From Oculatellaceae cyanobacterium bins.114 (GTDB lineage: Bacteria > Cyanobacteriota > Cyanobacteriia > Elainellales > Elainellaceae), in assembly GCA_033764315.1 (NCBI GenBank), contig JANRJA010000076.1:1-41098 (forward strand): 41,098 nt of DNA. Reading direction: 5' to 3'. The notes under the pieces are model-generated. The model had not been told where the DNA came from. It was given only the letters and a program-made list of their open reading frames with translations, and did not search any database. Position numbers and translations under genes: made by a program. Shown here one piece after another: positions 19,837 to 30,607 of the stretch (its first letter is position 1; each line of letters begins with the position of its first letter).

Positions 19837-20057
19837 TCTGTCTAACATCTCTAATTTGGGTGATTAGACAGATCCAAAGTTGAATATCTCCTGCTCTACG
19901 GGAGTTAGGCTGACAAGTTCTCAGCCTAACTCCCCAAAATGGGGTGTTATACAGATCAAGATTGGGCTATCTCCCTTAAGAGCTAGATAACTATCCTAAA
20001 TAGGTGTTTAGCCAGCTCTTGCTCTGCATAATAGCCTTGCTACGAGGTGTTATACAG
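19837..20057. repeat. Array of about 5 short palindromic units (TAA-N17/18-TTAKNCAG-like)
   Basis: TTA boxes at 19864, 19905, 19947, 20008 and 20050. Perfect 14-bp inverted repeat at 19900-19934. Confidence 0.65.
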
Positions 20058-20163
20058 GTAGCTTCAGCAAATCTTCAGCGTCAATGCTAAGGGGGGCAGC
20101 GTGCTCAATTCTCACCTTTTTACCCTTATATACATCCACTTGCCAAAGCACTAATTCAACTTT

Positions 20164-20244
20164 GGTAGTCCTCTAAAAGTAATGATTTTTGAGTCAGGAT
20201 ATGCTGTGCAGAGCGCGGCATATCCTGACTTGTTTAGGACTACC
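20164..20244. mobile_element. 81-bp MITE (family A)
   Basis: TIR GGTAGTCCT/AGGACTACC; 7-bp flanking direct repeat CAACTTT (20157-20163, 20245-20251); internal hairpin; second copy at 40894. Confidence 0.8.
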
Positions 20245-20363
20245 CAACTTTCATCAGCCATAATCTTAAGATTTGGTGTTAGAAGGTACGATCGCCTCGT
20301 TGGTTCCCAAAGGGGTAATCGCCCCTGATAATAGATCAACAGCGACGTAGCAGAACAAGGCGC

Positions 20364-21452
20364 ATGGGTAGTACATTTGGGCAATTATTTCGAGTGACCA
20401 CCTTTGGTGAATCTCATGGAGGTGGGGTGGGGGTTGTGATTGACGGGTGCCCACCGCGATTAGAGATTTCCATTGACGAGATTCAGTTTGAACTCGATCG
20501 CCGTCGTCCGGGGCAGAGCAAAATCACCACCCCCCGCAAAGAAGAAGACAAGTGCGAGATTCTCTCTGGCATCTTTGAGGGCAAAACGTTAGGAACGCCG
20601 ATCGCCCTCTTGGTACGCAACAAAGATGCGCGATCGCAAGACTACGACGAGATGGCACAAAAATATCGTCCTTCTCACGCCGATGCGACCTACGATGCCA
20701 AGTATGGCATTCGCAACTGGCAGGGGGGTGGGCGTTCTTCAGCACGGGAGACGATTGGACGAGTTGCCGCAGGGGCGATCGCCAAAAAGATTCTCAAACA
20801 GGTCGCTGGGGTTGAGATCATCGGCTATGTTAAGCGCATCAAGGATTTAGAAGGTGTGGTTGACCCCAACATCGTCACGTTGGAGCAAGTTGAGAGCAAC
20901 ATTGTTCGCTGCCCCGATAAGGAGTGTGCCGATCGCATGATTGAGTTGATTGAGCAAATTGGGCGATCGGGCGATTCGGTCGGTGGTGTTGTGGAGTGTG
21001 TTGCGCGATCGGTTCCAAAAGGGTTAGGAGAGCCTGTGTTTGACAAACTAGAGGCAGACTTGGCAAAAGGGATGATGTCTCTGCCTGCTAGTAAAGGCTT
21101 TGAGATTGGCTCTGGTTTTGCAGGAACGCTGATGACTGGAATTGAGCACAACGATGAGTTTTATATCGATGAGCAGGGTGAGATTCGCACTGTGACTAAC
21201 CGCTCTGGCGGTATTCAGGGAGGAATTGCTAACGGTGAAAACATTATTTTGCGGGTGGCGTTTAAGCCGACTGCGACAATTCGCAAAGAACAACGCACTG
21301 TGACCAAAGAAGGCGAAGAAACCGTTTTAGCGGCCAAAGGACGGCACGATCCTTGTGTCCTTCCAAGAGCAGTGCCGATGGTGGAGTCGATGGTGGCACT
21401 GGTGTTGTGCGACCACTTGTTGCGACATCATGGCCAATGCGAGTTGTTTTAA
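20364..21452 (+). CDS. aroC: Chorismate synthase
   Basis: [31 protein letters not shown]. Confidence 0.98.
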   Translation: MGSTFGQLFRVTTFGESHGGGVGVVIDGCPPRLEISIDEIQFELDRRRPGQSKITTPRKEEDKCEILSGIFEGKTLGTPIALLVRNKDARSQDYDEMAQKYRPSHADATYDAKYGIRNWQGGGRSSARETIGRVAAGAIAKKILKQVAGVEIIGYVKRIKDLEGVVDPNIVTLEQVESNIVRCPDKECADRMIELIEQIGRSGDSVGGVVECVARSVPKGLGEPVFDKLEADLAKGMMSLPASKGFEIGSGFAGTLMTGIEHNDEFYIDEQGEIRTVTNRSGGIQGGIANGENIILRVAFKPTATIRKEQRTVTKEGEETVLAAKGRHDPCVLPRAVPMVESMVALVLCDHLLRHHGQCELF

Positions 21453-21522
21453 ATGAAAGGATGAAGGATAAAGGTTGAAATACAGTTTTATTGTTATCCT
21501 TTAGCATTTAGCCTTCTCTCTT

Positions 21523-22104
21523 ATGGCTCTGACGGCTTCCACAATGTTGCCCCTTGGCACACTGGCTCCTGACTTTCAACTCACAGATGTGGGGTCGGGC
21601 AAATCAATTTCCCTTGCAACATTTGCCGATAAAAAGGCATTGCTGGTGATGTTTATTTGTCGCCACTGTCCGTTTGTGAAACATGTTCAACAGCAATTGG
21701 CACACCTGGGACACGATTATGTAACTCAATCTTTAGGGATTGTGGCTATCAGTGCTAATGACGCTGAGAAGTATCCCGAAGATGCACCCGATCGCCTCCA
21801 AGACATGGCAAAAACTCTGGGCTTCACATTTCCAGTCTGTTATGACGAGAGCCAGACTGTTGCCAAAGCCTATACCGCTGCCTGTACTCCTGACTTCTTT
21901 GTGTTTGATGGCGATCGCCACTTAGTCTATCGGGGGCAACTTGATAGTAGTCGTCCTGGGAACGGTGCACCTGTAACGGGCAAAGACTTGAGAGCGGCGA
22001 TCGATGCTGTATTGGCAGATCAGGTTGTTTCGGTGGAACAACAGCCCAGCATTGGTTGCAACATCAAGTGGAAAGCGGGCAATGCACCGAATTATTTTGG
22101 CTAA
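21523..22104 (+). CDS. Thioredoxin-fold AhpC/TSA (redoxin) family protein
   Basis: APDFQL, FICRHCPFV, AACTPDFF, YRGQLD, SIGCNIKW. Confidence 0.9.
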   Translation: MALTASTMLPLGTLAPDFQLTDVGSGKSISLATFADKKALLVMFICRHCPFVKHVQQQLAHLGHDYVTQSLGIVAISANDAEKYPEDAPDRLQDMAKTLGFTFPVCYDESQTVAKAYTAACTPDFFVFDGDRHLVYRGQLDSSRPGNGAPVTGKDLRAAIDAVLADQVVSVEQQPSIGCNIKWKAGNAPNYFG

Positions 22105-22107
22105 ATT

Positions 22108-22271
22108 AACCTGAGTTCGGGATCAGGATTTTGGGGGTTGAAACCGCTGCTATACAAGCAAAACAACCTGCATCGGTTCAGTCAACCTTTGATTTTGGTA
22201 GTCCGCGACGGCGGACTTCGCTCTGGTAGCCGTGAATTTATTCGCTGGGCTGCTTAAACCGAACTGACGTT
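22108..22271. mobile_element. ~164-bp MITE (family B)
   Basis: TIR AACCTGAGTTCGG/CCGAACTGACGTT; flanking AAATT duplication; inverted second copy at 40958-41098. Confidence 0.8.
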
Positions 22272-23676
22272 AAATTAAGGGGCGATCGCAACCCGTAGAA
22301 GCAAGGGGCACTGTAAACCAAAACGTTGCTCCTGCGTTGGGTGCACTGTTGACCCCCATGCGCCCGCCATGTGCTGTAATAATCTGTTTACACAAATGTA
22401 GCCCCAACCCCAGACCCGGCAGATAACGGGCGCGGCGACCTTTGGCATAGAGGTCAAACAACTGTCGAGATTGTTGGAAGGTCATCCCTACCCCATCGTC
22501 TTGAACTGAGCAGCGAAGCGATTTGCCTTCGACTTTGGCATCTAACGTGAGATGAATGCCAGGAGGGTTATGTTTGATAGCATTTGAAATCAGATTATTA
22601 AAAACCCGACCTATTTGAACCGGATCAACCTGAATCGGAGGCAAATCGTCTCGAATTTTATTGGTCACTGAGACTTGACTTTTAGCCAGCAACGGTTCCA
22701 TCTCTGTCAGCGTCGCTTGCAAAAAGGGTTGGAGATGAATTGACTCACGCTGCAATAAAAAGCTGTGAACATCGCAGGAATGAGCTTCTAATAACGAGTT
22801 CAACAAGCTCATCTGGCGATCGCTGCCCTGCAACATGCGCTCTAACATGTAGCGATTGACCGTGATGCGCTCATCGGAGGTTTTGAGCAAGCTTTGCAAC
22901 ACCATAGACGCGCCCATTACTGGGGTTCGCAGGTCATGCGTCACTGTGTTCATAAAGACTTGCAATTCTCGCTGAGACTCAAACTCAGTCCGTTGCAACC
23001 GCTCATAAAGATAAACCGCTAAATCACAGATCAGGCAAAACCAGAATAAATATAAAAATACAGAGGAACTATAGATCGATTCTCCATCAAAGGTTGTGGT
23101 GAGTCCTAATAGGGGATAAACCGTCAAGTAATAGCCGATCGCCCCTAACTGAGAAAGTAGGTGTAACCACCATCGCACCGGAATCAGGGTTGCCTGGGTC
23201 AAAAACACTAACGACCAACTCAACAACTCAGGGCAGGGAAACCCCCAAAGAGTCATGATAATTTGAGGAACCAGGGTAATTGACCAAGACAAACTCAAAA
23301 AAATAACGTTGGGATGACGTTTGCCCCAACGTGTTTTGAGTAGAACCAGACAGGTCAACAATGAGACGGCCATTACCCCATTGATCAGGGGAAACAAATT
23401 TTTTAAGGACTGAGGCAACTTTGCCATCTCTTCCAGATGAAAGACAGCATCATAGGTATCTCGAACAATAAAAGTTAATAGACAAATGAATGCGAGCCAC
23501 AAACCCAGCTTGAGGCGATCGCGCAAAAAGCGGAGTTTCCAGGCTCGATAGTCGGCTGATTCAAAGGGGGGCTTTAATTGCTCAAATCGGCTCAGGCAAG
23601 ATTGAATTCTAAAATTCGCCTTTTGCCATACCATACTCGTTTCCCTCGCTAGTGCCGCAAAAAACATGTTTCCCAT
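22270..23676 (-). CDS. Membrane sensor histidine kinase
   Basis: Multiple TM helices, THDLRTP H-box, NLISNAIKH, DDGVGM, GLGLGL. Start uncertain (alternative ATG near 23634). Confidence 0.92.
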   Translation of the reverse strand: MGNMFFAALARETSMVWQKANFRIQSCLSRFEQLKPPFESADYRAWKLRFLRDRLKLGLWLAFICLLTFIVRDTYDAVFHLEEMAKLPQSLKNLFPLINGVMAVSLLTCLVLLKTRWGKRHPNVIFLSLSWSITLVPQIIMTLWGFPCPELLSWSLVFLTQATLIPVRWWLHLLSQLGAIGYYLTVYPLLGLTTTFDGESIYSSSVFLYLFWFCLICDLAVYLYERLQRTEFESQRELQVFMNTVTHDLRTPVMGASMVLQSLLKTSDERITVNRYMLERMLQGSDRQMSLLNSLLEAHSCDVHSFLLQRESIHLQPFLQATLTEMEPLLAKSQVSVTNKIRDDLPPIQVDPVQIGRVFNNLISNAIKHNPPGIHLTLDAKVEGKSLRCSVQDDGVGMTFQQSRQLFDLYAKGRRARYLPGLGLGLHLCKQIITAHGGRMGVNSAPNAGATFWFTVPLASTGCDRPLI

Positions 23677-23821
23677 TATTCAGACGTTTTTTGATTGGAT
23701 TGGCACTACCAACAGCCCGCTCTAGACGCTTCGGTATATTTCCAATCGATACTTTTACGGTAGGTCAGACTACAATTGACACCTTCCTCCATCTGACTCA
23801 CTTTGACGTCACCCAATGAGG

Positions 23822-24084
23822 TGAAGAGAAGGAGAGGAAGAGAGAAAAAAGAAGAAAGAAAAAGGAAAGCCTAGTGGAGTGGGGGGAGTAGAGCGAAGGA
23901 AAAACCTGTCTCTACACAAAATTTGGAACATCCCCTCCCAATTAATGATTCACTTCTCTTTGCTCCTTTACTCCTCCACTCCTCTACCCCTTTACCGCTT
24001 TAACCCTCTTCTATTTCTTATCCTTCATCCTTCATCCTTCATCCTTTTACGTCTTTTCCCTCTTCTTTTTTCCTTCTTCTCTCT
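23822..24084. repeat. Low-complexity purine-rich then pyrimidine-rich short tandem repeats (STRR-like)
   Basis: GA-rich tract followed by (TTCATCC)n and CT-rich tracts. Confidence 0.6.
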
Positions 24085-25989
24085 TCAATCTTCTCTTTTG
24101 CCCAAATATCCACGGGGTGTAATCATCCAATCGGCATGGGTGCGGGTGCTCTGATTACCAATTAAGACCGTCGTTAGCATGTCGATGGGGGTATCTAGCA
24201 GCTTTTCTAAAGTCGTCAGCAGGATCTGCTCGTCTGGGCGATAGGCAGACCGGACGAGCGCAACGGGAGTTTGAGGGTCGCGGTGCTTAAGAAAGATCTG
24301 TTGAGCGATCGCAATTTGTTGGGTGCGAGTTTGCGATCGTGGGTTGTACAAGGCTGTGACAAAATCTGCGGCGGCGGCTGCCGAGAGTCGCTTTTCAATC
24401 ACATCCCAAGGAGTCAACAAATCACTTAAGCTAATGGCACAAAAATCATGCATGAGTGGTGTGCCGACCCGCGAGGCGGCGGCTTGCAAAGCTGTAATTC
24501 CGGGAAACACTTGAATCTCAGGAGTGTGCCCATCCCAACCTAAAACCTGCAATTCTTCTAGCACTAGCCCTGCCATGCCGTAAATGCCAGAGTCACCAGA
24601 CGACACAACTGCCACTGTTAGCCCCCACTGTGCCAGGGCGATCGCCCGTTGTGCCCGTTGGCGTTCTTGGGTGATGGGGAGTGCTTCAATGATTTGTCCT
24701 GGTCGCAGCACCGGACGGATTAAGTCAATATATAAGCCATAGCCAATCACCGCATCGGCTTGAGAGACAGCGGTTTGAGCGGCTGGAGTCATTTGGTCGA
24801 GGTTTCCAGGGCCAGTGCCAATCAACCAGAGTTTGCCCGTGTGCCCGATGTATTCTCGATCGGCTTGAGCGATCGCCACCGTAACGGCTCCTGGTTCCCC
24901 TTCCAAGCGAATGATTTTTTTGGGAACTCGTAACGTTGAAACGGTTTCATCACTTACAGATTGAGCGGCTAATAGGGCAGCGGCTTCTGCGACGCTGGGC
25001 GTTCCCACCTCAGCGTTAACTATTGCAGATGGATTGGGCACCTTGACGGATCGCAGTGCCTCTGCGGAGTAACATTGCAAGGGCAACTGGCGATCGCGAC
25101 ACCACTCGACTAGACCCACCTCATCCGCTTTGAGATCAATCGTTGCCACCCCTGCGATCGCGGCCTCGGCTAAGTGATTGGCTTGCAAGACTTGTCGAAT
25201 CGCTGTATCAATGACTGCACGAGGGGTTCCCCGCTCGCACCCAACCCCCACCCACACCACACGAGGATGCCACTGCACTCTCGGCATATTTGACTCAGGG
25301 GCAAAGCGCCGTTGAATTGAGCTAATCCACACCCTGGCTTTAGGCTTTGCCAGATCTTCTTTGACCTCAGCACTAAACTCTGGAAACCCAAACTGAAACG
25401 GATGGTCAGTAGGCAAATGCATTTGCCATAGTGTTGAGCCTGCCTCTTGAATCACTTGAACGGGTTCTCGTCGAGCGATCGCCGCACTCACCCCCGTCCA
25501 ATCCCCGGTTCCTCGTTGCCAGCCAAAGGGCACCCCCAAGACGTCAATTCCGGGTAAACCCAACTCATGCGCCCCTCCAGTCAGAACCGGAGTCGCCCCT
25601 AATTGCAGAGCGATCGCTCTGGTCAAGGCGTCGGCTCCTGCCTGATGCCCTCCACAAAGGCTGATGACATGGTCTGCATCTACCACCACCACCGCCGGAT
25701 CAGTAGATTTATCGTTTAGCAGAGGAGCAATCAAACGCACCACGGCTCCAGTTGCTAAACCAAATACAAAGCTATGATAGTCTCCCCAAATGGCGGCTAA
25801 GTGCTCTTTAAGGGAGCCTGAATAGAGTTTGATCGGCAGAGAGTCAGCTAGCAGGGTTTCAAGATTAGGGGCAATCGCCTCTGGCACCCACAGCATGGCC
25901 TCTGCGGATTGACAGAGACGAGAGAGGATCTTGGCACTGCTTGGAGTCGTGGCGATCGCGGCGATCGGTTGAAAAGGTTGGAATAACAA
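24085..25989 (-). CDS. cobJ: CbiG-CbiH/CobJ fusion (precorrin-3B C17-methyltransferase)
   Basis: GAVVRLIAP..DKSTDPAVVV, GVGCERG, SVAEAAA (CbiG); GTGPG, SSGDSGIYGMA, HDFCAISLSDLLTPW, TPRGY (CobJ). Confidence 0.93.
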   Translation of the reverse strand: MLFQPFQPIAAIATTPSSAKILSRLCQSAEAMLWVPEAIAPNLETLLADSLPIKLYSGSLKEHLAAIWGDYHSFVFGLATGAVVRLIAPLLNDKSTDPAVVVVDADHVISLCGGHQAGADALTRAIALQLGATPVLTGGAHELGLPGIDVLGVPFGWQRGTGDWTGVSAAIARREPVQVIQEAGSTLWQMHLPTDHPFQFGFPEFSAEVKEDLAKPKARVWISSIQRRFAPESNMPRVQWHPRVVWVGVGCERGTPRAVIDTAIRQVLQANHLAEAAIAGVATIDLKADEVGLVEWCRDRQLPLQCYSAEALRSVKVPNPSAIVNAEVGTPSVAEAAALLAAQSVSDETVSTLRVPKKIIRLEGEPGAVTVAIAQADREYIGHTGKLWLIGTGPGNLDQMTPAAQTAVSQADAVIGYGLYIDLIRPVLRPGQIIEALPITQERQRAQRAIALAQWGLTVAVVSSGDSGIYGMAGLVLEELQVLGWDGHTPEIQVFPGITALQAAASRVGTPLMHDFCAISLSDLLTPWDVIEKRLSAAAAADFVTALYNPRSQTRTQQIAIAQQIFLKHRDPQTPVALVRSAYRPDEQILLTTLEKLLDTPIDMLTTVLIGNQSTRTHADWMITPRGYLGKRED

Positions 25990-26215
25990 CGAAGGTTAGA
26001 AAAAGAAAACTTGGAACAGATTCATTATCGATTTAAGTTGCATCTTTGACACGTTTTGTAGGTTGCAATCATTAAATGTCAAGGGTCAATCACCTCAGGG
26101 GCAACTTTTGTGTCAAAAATCACGCAGGTGAACGAGCTAAAGCCAGATTTGTTTCGCTTTGACCCTCGCGCATAAAGGTGATGACTCGCACTCCTCTTGT
26201 TCTCTCTTCTCATCC

Positions 26216-27013
26216 TTAATAATCGTAAGGATTTTTCGGTTCCTCAATCTGCTCAAGTTGATTGGCTGCAATCACCAACTGACGCTGATTACTCAGGGTT
26301 TCGGTGGTCATCTTGCCCTGCACGCGCAGCCAGGTATCGGGTGGATAGGGAGTCTGCCCTTGACTCAGTTGGACGGGCAAACCCACAGGATAAACGTCAG
26401 CCGCGCAACAGGTGATCACAAAACGGGCGATCGTAAAGTAGCCGCTAGGCAAATCTGGCGACGCAATCACAAAGCCTTCTACATTCACGTCTTGTCCTTT
26501 ATAGGCATCGGGTTCTGGATAAACATTGAGCGTTCGTACCCATTCCACCAGCGATCGCTCTCCGGGTTGTGTCCCACCTCGAAAGGCTTGTGGGCGCGAT
26601 CGCGTCATGGTTAGGGTGTCAGTCACACCTCGTGCTAGAGCCGTCTCACTGGCAAAGGGTTGGGGGGTAAATTGCAATCCCAACAAGGCTACTAGCAATA
26701 ACAACCCCGCACTCCAACTGCGAGGCAACATCGAGAAGTGCTGCAATGTTGATCCGGTTAACCCCCGCGATCGCGTCAGTTGAATCACTTGCCAAGCTCG
26801 TAACCCCGCCAGAACCAAAAAAATTGCCCCCGTGGAATAGGCTAACCACATGTAATCTGGGTGCAGCAGAATGTTGAGTTTATTGGTCAGCCAATATTTC
26901 AGTAGCAACACGCCCCAAGCCAAAATTGCGGCAATATCCAGCCATAACACCCAGGATGAATAGCCCAAATCTTGAAATCGGAACGAAGCAGAGGGTCGCG
27001 ATCGCTTTGACAT
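26216..27013 (-). CDS. TIGR03943/DUF1980 family putative permease subunit (YcgQ-like)
   Basis: LLHP, three TM segments, ARFVITCCAAD, PKNPYDY. Confidence 0.88.
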   Translation of the reverse strand: MSKRSRPSASFRFQDLGYSSWVLWLDIAAILAWGVLLLKYWLTNKLNILLHPDYMWLAYSTGAIFLVLAGLRAWQVIQLTRSRGLTGSTLQHFSMLPRSWSAGLLLLVALLGLQFTPQPFASETALARGVTDTLTMTRSRPQAFRGGTQPGERSLVEWVRTLNVYPEPDAYKGQDVNVEGFVIASPDLPSGYFTIARFVITCCAADVYPVGLPVQLSQGQTPYPPDTWLRVQGKMTTETLSNQRQLVIAANQLEQIEEPKNPYDY

Positions 27014-27041
27014 AGAGATTCAATAGGCTGAAATTAAAATT

Positions 27042-28076
27042 TCAACTGAGATAGGTATTGACTAACAAAGCCAAGACAAAGGTAAGTTGAGCGGCGATCG
27101 CAAACAGATAAACAATCGCTCGACCCCGAAAAATGGAGAGCAGCAAGGCAATGTTTTTCAGGTCAATCATCGGTCCCAACACTAGGAAGGCCAATAATGA
27201 TCCGGTGGTAAAGATCGAGGCAAAAGACAGGGCAAAAAAAGCATCCACTGTAGAGCAAATCGACACAATCGTTGCCAGCAGCATCATTGCCAAGATAGAC
27301 GTGACCTGGTCCTGCCCCAAACTCAACACCCATTCCCGTGGAATCGCTACCTGTAAGACTGAGGCGATCGCCGCTCCAATGACTAACACCCCCCCTAACT
27401 CACGCAACTCTTGCAACACATTCTCTAACATCAATTGCAATCGGGTTGCTAGCGGTTTCGATAACACCGAACTGCTCACTAGCGTCTCCTGAATTAATCC
27501 GTCAAATCGCAGCGGTTGACCCGATTGACCCAATAAAAATGTCCCAGGTTGCAGCAGAGCTGAAACAGGTTCCTCACCCATAAAGCTACTGGGTTTGCTA
27601 GATGACTTAGGTGGAGCAGGCATGACACGGGCGATCGACGGTTGCATCAAGGGACGCAGATCAGTTTGGGTGCTAAAGATCCAACCTATAATCGTGGCAA
27701 TCAATAACGAACACCCCAACCGCAGAAACACGATTTCTGGTTGATCTCGAAAGGCAGTGTAGGTCGCCCAAAAAACAATGGGGTTAACCGTGGGGGCCGC
27801 TAACAAGAAGCCGATTGCCATCGCTGAAGGGGCACCCTGCACTAATAACCGTCGAGCGACAGGCACATTGCCACATTCACAAACGGGAAACAGACACCCA
27901 ATCAAACTGCCCGTCAAGGCCGCCAGTGCTGGGTTTTTGGGGACCATTGCCACTAATCTGCGTTCATCAACAAACAACAGCAACACACTTGAAAACAGCA
28001 CTCCCAATAACAAAAACGGCATTGCCTCCACCAGCAAGCTAAAAAATAGAGTTAAGACGTTGTTGAATTGGCTCAT
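27042..28076 (-). CDS. DUF318 family permease (YcgR-like)
   Basis: EAMPFLLLG, PVCECGNVP, SICSTVDAF, GPMIDLK. Confidence 0.9.
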   Translation of the reverse strand: MSQFNNVLTLFFSLLVEAMPFLLLGVLFSSVLLLFVDERRLVAMVPKNPALAALTGSLIGCLFPVCECGNVPVARRLLVQGAPSAMAIGFLLAAPTVNPIVFWATYTAFRDQPEIVFLRLGCSLLIATIIGWIFSTQTDLRPLMQPSIARVMPAPPKSSSKPSSFMGEEPVSALLQPGTFLLGQSGQPLRFDGLIQETLVSSSVLSKPLATRLQLMLENVLQELRELGGVLVIGAAIASVLQVAIPREWVLSLGQDQVTSILAMMLLATIVSICSTVDAFFALSFASIFTTGSLLAFLVLGPMIDLKNIALLLSIFRGRAIVYLFAIAAQLTFVLALLVNTYLS

Positions 28077-28416
28077 GCAGTCGGTTTATTGCCTATGGGG
28101 TGAAAATTCGTTGCAGTTGTTAATATGACAAGCCATTCTACCGGATTAATCGCACGATGTGAGGGTGACAAAACAAAGCGATCGCCAATAGTTGCCCGGA
28201 TCTACGTAATTAGGTTAAATTTAATTAAGATTCTTTCTCAGAAAAGGAACTTCTCTATCTAACCCTCAATAAGCCTACTTCCATCCATTGAGGGCTAGCA
28301 TTGAAGCATTGGGCATAAACTGCACCAGATGTTTATGAGTGAAAGGTTTAAGAATTTAAGCAAGTGTGTCTTGCTGATTTATTAACTGCTGCTGTATCTA
28401 GAGGCAATTTGACGTT

Positions 28417-30303
28417 ATGAAATTTTCCTGGAGAGTTATTCTGCTCTGGACGGTGCCAGCCCTGGTAATAGGGTTTTTCTTCTGGCAAAGCGCATTTTCC
28501 ACATCTCCGATGGATATGGGACGCAACACGGCTAGTACTCGCATGACCTATGGTCGGTTTTGGGAGTATTTAGATGCGGATCGTGTGACCAGTGTTGATC
28601 TTTATGATGGCGGACGGACGGCCATCGTAGAGGCAATTGATCCAGAGCTAGATAATCGAATCCAGCGATTGAGAGTCGATTTGCCGGGAAATTTGCCTGA
28701 TCTCGTGACTCGTCTGCGCAAGGAAGGGATTAGCTTAGATTTCCACCCTCCTCGCAATGACGGAGCCATTTGGGGTGTGTTGGGCAACCTCATCTTCCCG
28801 ATCTTGTTGATTGGTGGTCTCTTTCTTTTGTTCCGCCGCTCTAGCAATGTGCCTGGGGGGCCAGGTCAAGCCATGAATTTTGGTAAATCGAAGGCTCGTT
28901 TTCAAATGGAAGCCAAAACGGGTGTCAAATTTGATGACGTTGCTGGAATTGAAGAAGCTAAAGAAGAACTGCAAGAGGTCGTCACCTTCTTGAAAAAGCC
29001 AGAACGATTTACAGCGGTGGGTGCCAAGATTCCCAAAGGAGTTTTGTTGGTGGGGCCTCCTGGAACGGGTAAGACCTTACTAGCGAAGGCGATCGCCGGT
29101 GAAGCAGGTGTTCCTTTCTTTAGCATCTCTGGTTCTGAGTTTGTTGAGATGTTTGTTGGTGTTGGGGCGTCTCGGGTTCGAGATTTGTTTAAGAAAGCCA
29201 AAGAAAATGCTCCTTGTATCATCTTTATCGATGAAATTGATGCCGTAGGACGGCAACGGGGGGCAGGTATCGGTGGTGGTAACGACGAGCGGGAACAAAC
29301 GCTGAACCAGTTGCTGACTGAAATGGATGGTTTTGAGGGCAATACCGGAATCATCATCATTGCCGCTACCAACCGTCCGGATGTGCTTGACTCGGCGTTG
29401 TTGCGTCCCGGTCGTTTTGATCGTCAGGTAACGGTTGATGCTCCTGACATCAAAGGTCGGTTGGAAGTGTTGCAGGTTCACGCTCGCAACAAGAAGTTGG
29501 CTCAAGAAGTCTCGCTAGAGGCGATCGCCCGTCGAACTCCTGGTTTCACAGGGGCAGACCTGGCAAACCTGTTGAATGAAGCTGCCATTCTCACTGCTCG
29601 TCGTCGCAAAGATGCCATCACTATGCTAGAGATTGATGATGCGATCGACCGGGTCGTTGCTGGCATGGAAGGCACGCCTCTGGTAGATAGCAAGAGCAAG
29701 CGACTGATTGCGTATCACGAGTTGGGACATGCCATTATCGGCACCCTGGTCAAAGACCACGACCCTGTGCAAAAGGTGACGTTGATTCCACGTGGGCAAG
29801 CTCAAGGGTTAACCTGGTTTATTCCTAATGAAGATCAAGGGTTAATCTCTCGGGCGCAAATCATGGCTCGGATTACTGGAGCCTTGGGGGGTCGTGCTGC
29901 TGAACATGTCATCTTTGGAGATGCTGAAGTGACTACAGGGGCAGGCAATGACTTGCAGCAAGTCACCACAATGGCACGCCAGATGGTCACTCGATTTGGA
30001 ATGTCTGACTTAGGGCCGCTCTCGCTCGAAAGCCAAACGGGTGAAGTGTTCTTGGGGCGCGACTGGATGACTCGCTCAGAATATTCTGAAGAGATTGCCG
30101 CTCGGATTGATGCTCAAGTGCGTTCTATCGTAGAGCGTTGCTATGACGAGGCTTGTCGAATCGTGCGAGAAAACCGAGTCGTGATCGATCGCCTGGTCGA
30201 TCTGTTGATCGAGAAAGAGTCGATTGATGGGGAAGAGTTCCGGCAGATTGTGGCGGAATACACCACAGTTCCCGATAAGGATCGCTACGTGCCTCAGATC
30301 TAG
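28417..30303 (+). CDS. ftsH: ATP-dependent zinc metalloprotease FtsH (FtsH2 type)
   Basis: [19 protein letters not shown] region, HELGH zinc motif, GLTWF. Confidence 0.97.
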   Translation: MKFSWRVILLWTVPALVIGFFFWQSAFSTSPMDMGRNTASTRMTYGRFWEYLDADRVTSVDLYDGGRTAIVEAIDPELDNRIQRLRVDLPGNLPDLVTRLRKEGISLDFHPPRNDGAIWGVLGNLIFPILLIGGLFLLFRRSSNVPGGPGQAMNFGKSKARFQMEAKTGVKFDDVAGIEEAKEELQEVVTFLKKPERFTAVGAKIPKGVLLVGPPGTGKTLLAKAIAGEAGVPFFSISGSEFVEMFVGVGASRVRDLFKKAKENAPCIIFIDEIDAVGRQRGAGIGGGNDEREQTLNQLLTEMDGFEGNTGIIIIAATNRPDVLDSALLRPGRFDRQVTVDAPDIKGRLEVLQVHARNKKLAQEVSLEAIARRTPGFTGADLANLLNEAAILTARRRKDAITMLEIDDAIDRVVAGMEGTPLVDSKSKRLIAYHELGHAIIGTLVKDHDPVQKVTLIPRGQAQGLTWFIPNEDQGLISRAQIMARITGALGGRAAEHVIFGDAEVTTGAGNDLQQVTTMARQMVTRFGMSDLGPLSLESQTGEVFLGRDWMTRSEYSEEIAARIDAQVRSIVERCYDEACRIVRENRVVIDRLVDLLIEKESIDGEEFRQIVAEYTTVPDKDRYVPQI

Positions 30304-30607
30304 AACTTTAGATCTAGAACAGAGCTTAAGGGATGAGGGATAAACGCCTACGGGCTTTCCTTCATCCTTTTGTTTGAATGCTATTTCTAGCTTAAGTCGC
30401 ACTTGCCCCACTCATCTTGAGCTTTGTTTACCTTTTTTCATCCTTTAGTCTTCAGCCTTTATCTTCGTTTTCTGATTACACTGGAAATGTGTTAAGACTG
30501 TTGACATTAGCCGTTCCAGTTCACCGGAGTCTGAACAAATTGGTTAGGCTATTCACAGAATCTACTGCTGCTTACCTCTCTTACACCTCAAAAGGAAAAA
30601 TAGAGTC

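Noticed and set aside
20058-20363. Integron integrase gene or remnant next to attI
   Set aside because: No ORF or tyrosine-recombinase motif is visible before aroC.
23879-24154. 91-aa hydrophobic ORF
   Set aside because: Translation of a CT-rich repeat tract that overlaps the cobJ end.
25990-26215. Cobalamin riboswitch upstream of cobJ
   Set aside because: An inverted repeat (TTTGACAC/GTGTCAAA) is present, but no B12-box or GGGAA/GCCACTG core.
28101-28115. Zur box upstream of the DUF318 permease
   Set aside because: TGAAAATTCGTTGCA matches only one half of TGATAATNATTATCA.
28214-28232. RpaB HLR1 site upstream of ftsH
   Set aside because: Too many mismatches in AT-rich sequence to support from sequence alone.
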